Assembly (NCBI GenBank): GCA_963695555.1
Contig: CAVOGR010000005.1
Location: forward strand, 160,001-224,000
Direction: 5' to 3'
Length of the DNA stretch: 64,000 bases
Origin: an uncultured Gemmatimonadales bacterium
Lineage (GTDB): Bacteria > Gemmatimonadota > Gemmatimonadetes > Gemmatimonadales > GWC2-71-9
Shown: piece after piece, positions 63,452-64,000 of the stretch
Position numbering within the stretch: position 1 is the first letter of the stretch
Layout of the letters: each line of letters starts with the position of its first letter
Notes under the pieces: model-generated
What the model saw: the letters and a program-made list of their open reading frames with translations, nothing else
Databases searched by the model: none
Told to the model about the DNA's origin: nothing
Made by a program: the position numbers and the translations under genes

Positions 63452-64000
63452 TCATAACCCGACCCAGACCGTCTTCAACTCGGTGTAGTTGGTGAGGGCC
63501 TCGCGGCCGAGATCGCGGCCGAAGCCCGACTGCTTGTACCCGCCGAACGAAGCCGCGGGATCGTAGGCATTGTAGGTGTTGATCCAGACCGTCCCGGCTC
63601 GAAGCGCGGCGGCAACGCGGTGGGCCTTGGACACGTCACGGGTCCAGATGCCGGCCGCGAGCCCATACATCGATTGGTTGGCGAGCGCGACGGCTTCCTC
63701 CAGGTCATCGAACGCCATCACGGCCAGCACCGGACCGAAGATCTCGTCCCGCGCGATGGTCATGTCCGGGGTAACGGCATCGAACACGGTGGCCTCGACG
63801 AAGTATCCCTTGTCGTTGACTCGCGCAGAGTTTCCGCCCGCCACCAGCGTCGCGCCTTCCGACGTGCCTTGGCGGATGTAGTCGAGCACCCGGGTCTGTT
63901 GCGCGTGGGACACGATCGCCCCGAGCCGGGTCTCCTTCGCGAATGGATCACCGGGCACCAGTTTCTTGGCCCGTGCGGCCAACTCCTCCACCACCTGGTC
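63452..64000 (-). CDS. Aldehyde dehydrogenase, C-terminal part
   Basis: DEIFGPVL, YGLAAG, FGGYKQSGFGR. Confidence 0.9.
   Translation of the reverse strand, partial: DQVVEELAARAKKLVPGDPFAKETRLGAIVSHAQQTRVLDYIRQGTSEGATLVAGGNSARVNDKGYFVEATVFDAVTPDMTIARDEIFGPVLAVMAFDDLEEAVALANQSMYGLAAGIWTRDVSKAHRVAAALRAGTVWINTYNAYDPAASFGGYKQSGFGRDLGREALTNYTELKTVWVGL

Overview
High-GC bacterial chromosomal window. Gene content and order resemble Gemmatimonadota, which is an inference and was not tested. It is mostly housekeeping and catabolic genes: a divergent glycerate kinase / D-2-hydroxyacid dehydrogenase pair; rlmN; aspS-phoH-ybeY-2x CBS/CorC-mgtE; a short Rho; a B12 acyl-CoA mutase cluster (meaB, split mutase, carboxyltransferase, AtuA-like genes, crotonase) interrupted by an eRF1/baeRF-like gene and a TPPII-like S8 lipoprotein; a TRAP transporter with a frameshifted dctM; korAB; recQ; a reductive pyrimidine degradation operon lacking dihydropyrimidinase; rne-rplU-rpmA; and a box/paa-like aryl-CoA epoxidase operon running off the right end. 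No rRNA, tRNA, CRISPR array, transposase or integrase was recognised. The most unusual signals are: (1) intergenic TAGGnnn heptamer arrays at seven loci, often built as G-rich arm + spacer + complementary C-rich arm and often starting at the upstream stop codon, one carrying an antisense four-helix-bundle (IVP/Avd-like) gene and another carrying REP-like hairpins; (2) three tandem lipoproteins sharing a putative isopeptide (CnaB-like) N-domain with exchanged C-terminal modules; (3) a long structured leader upstream of rne.
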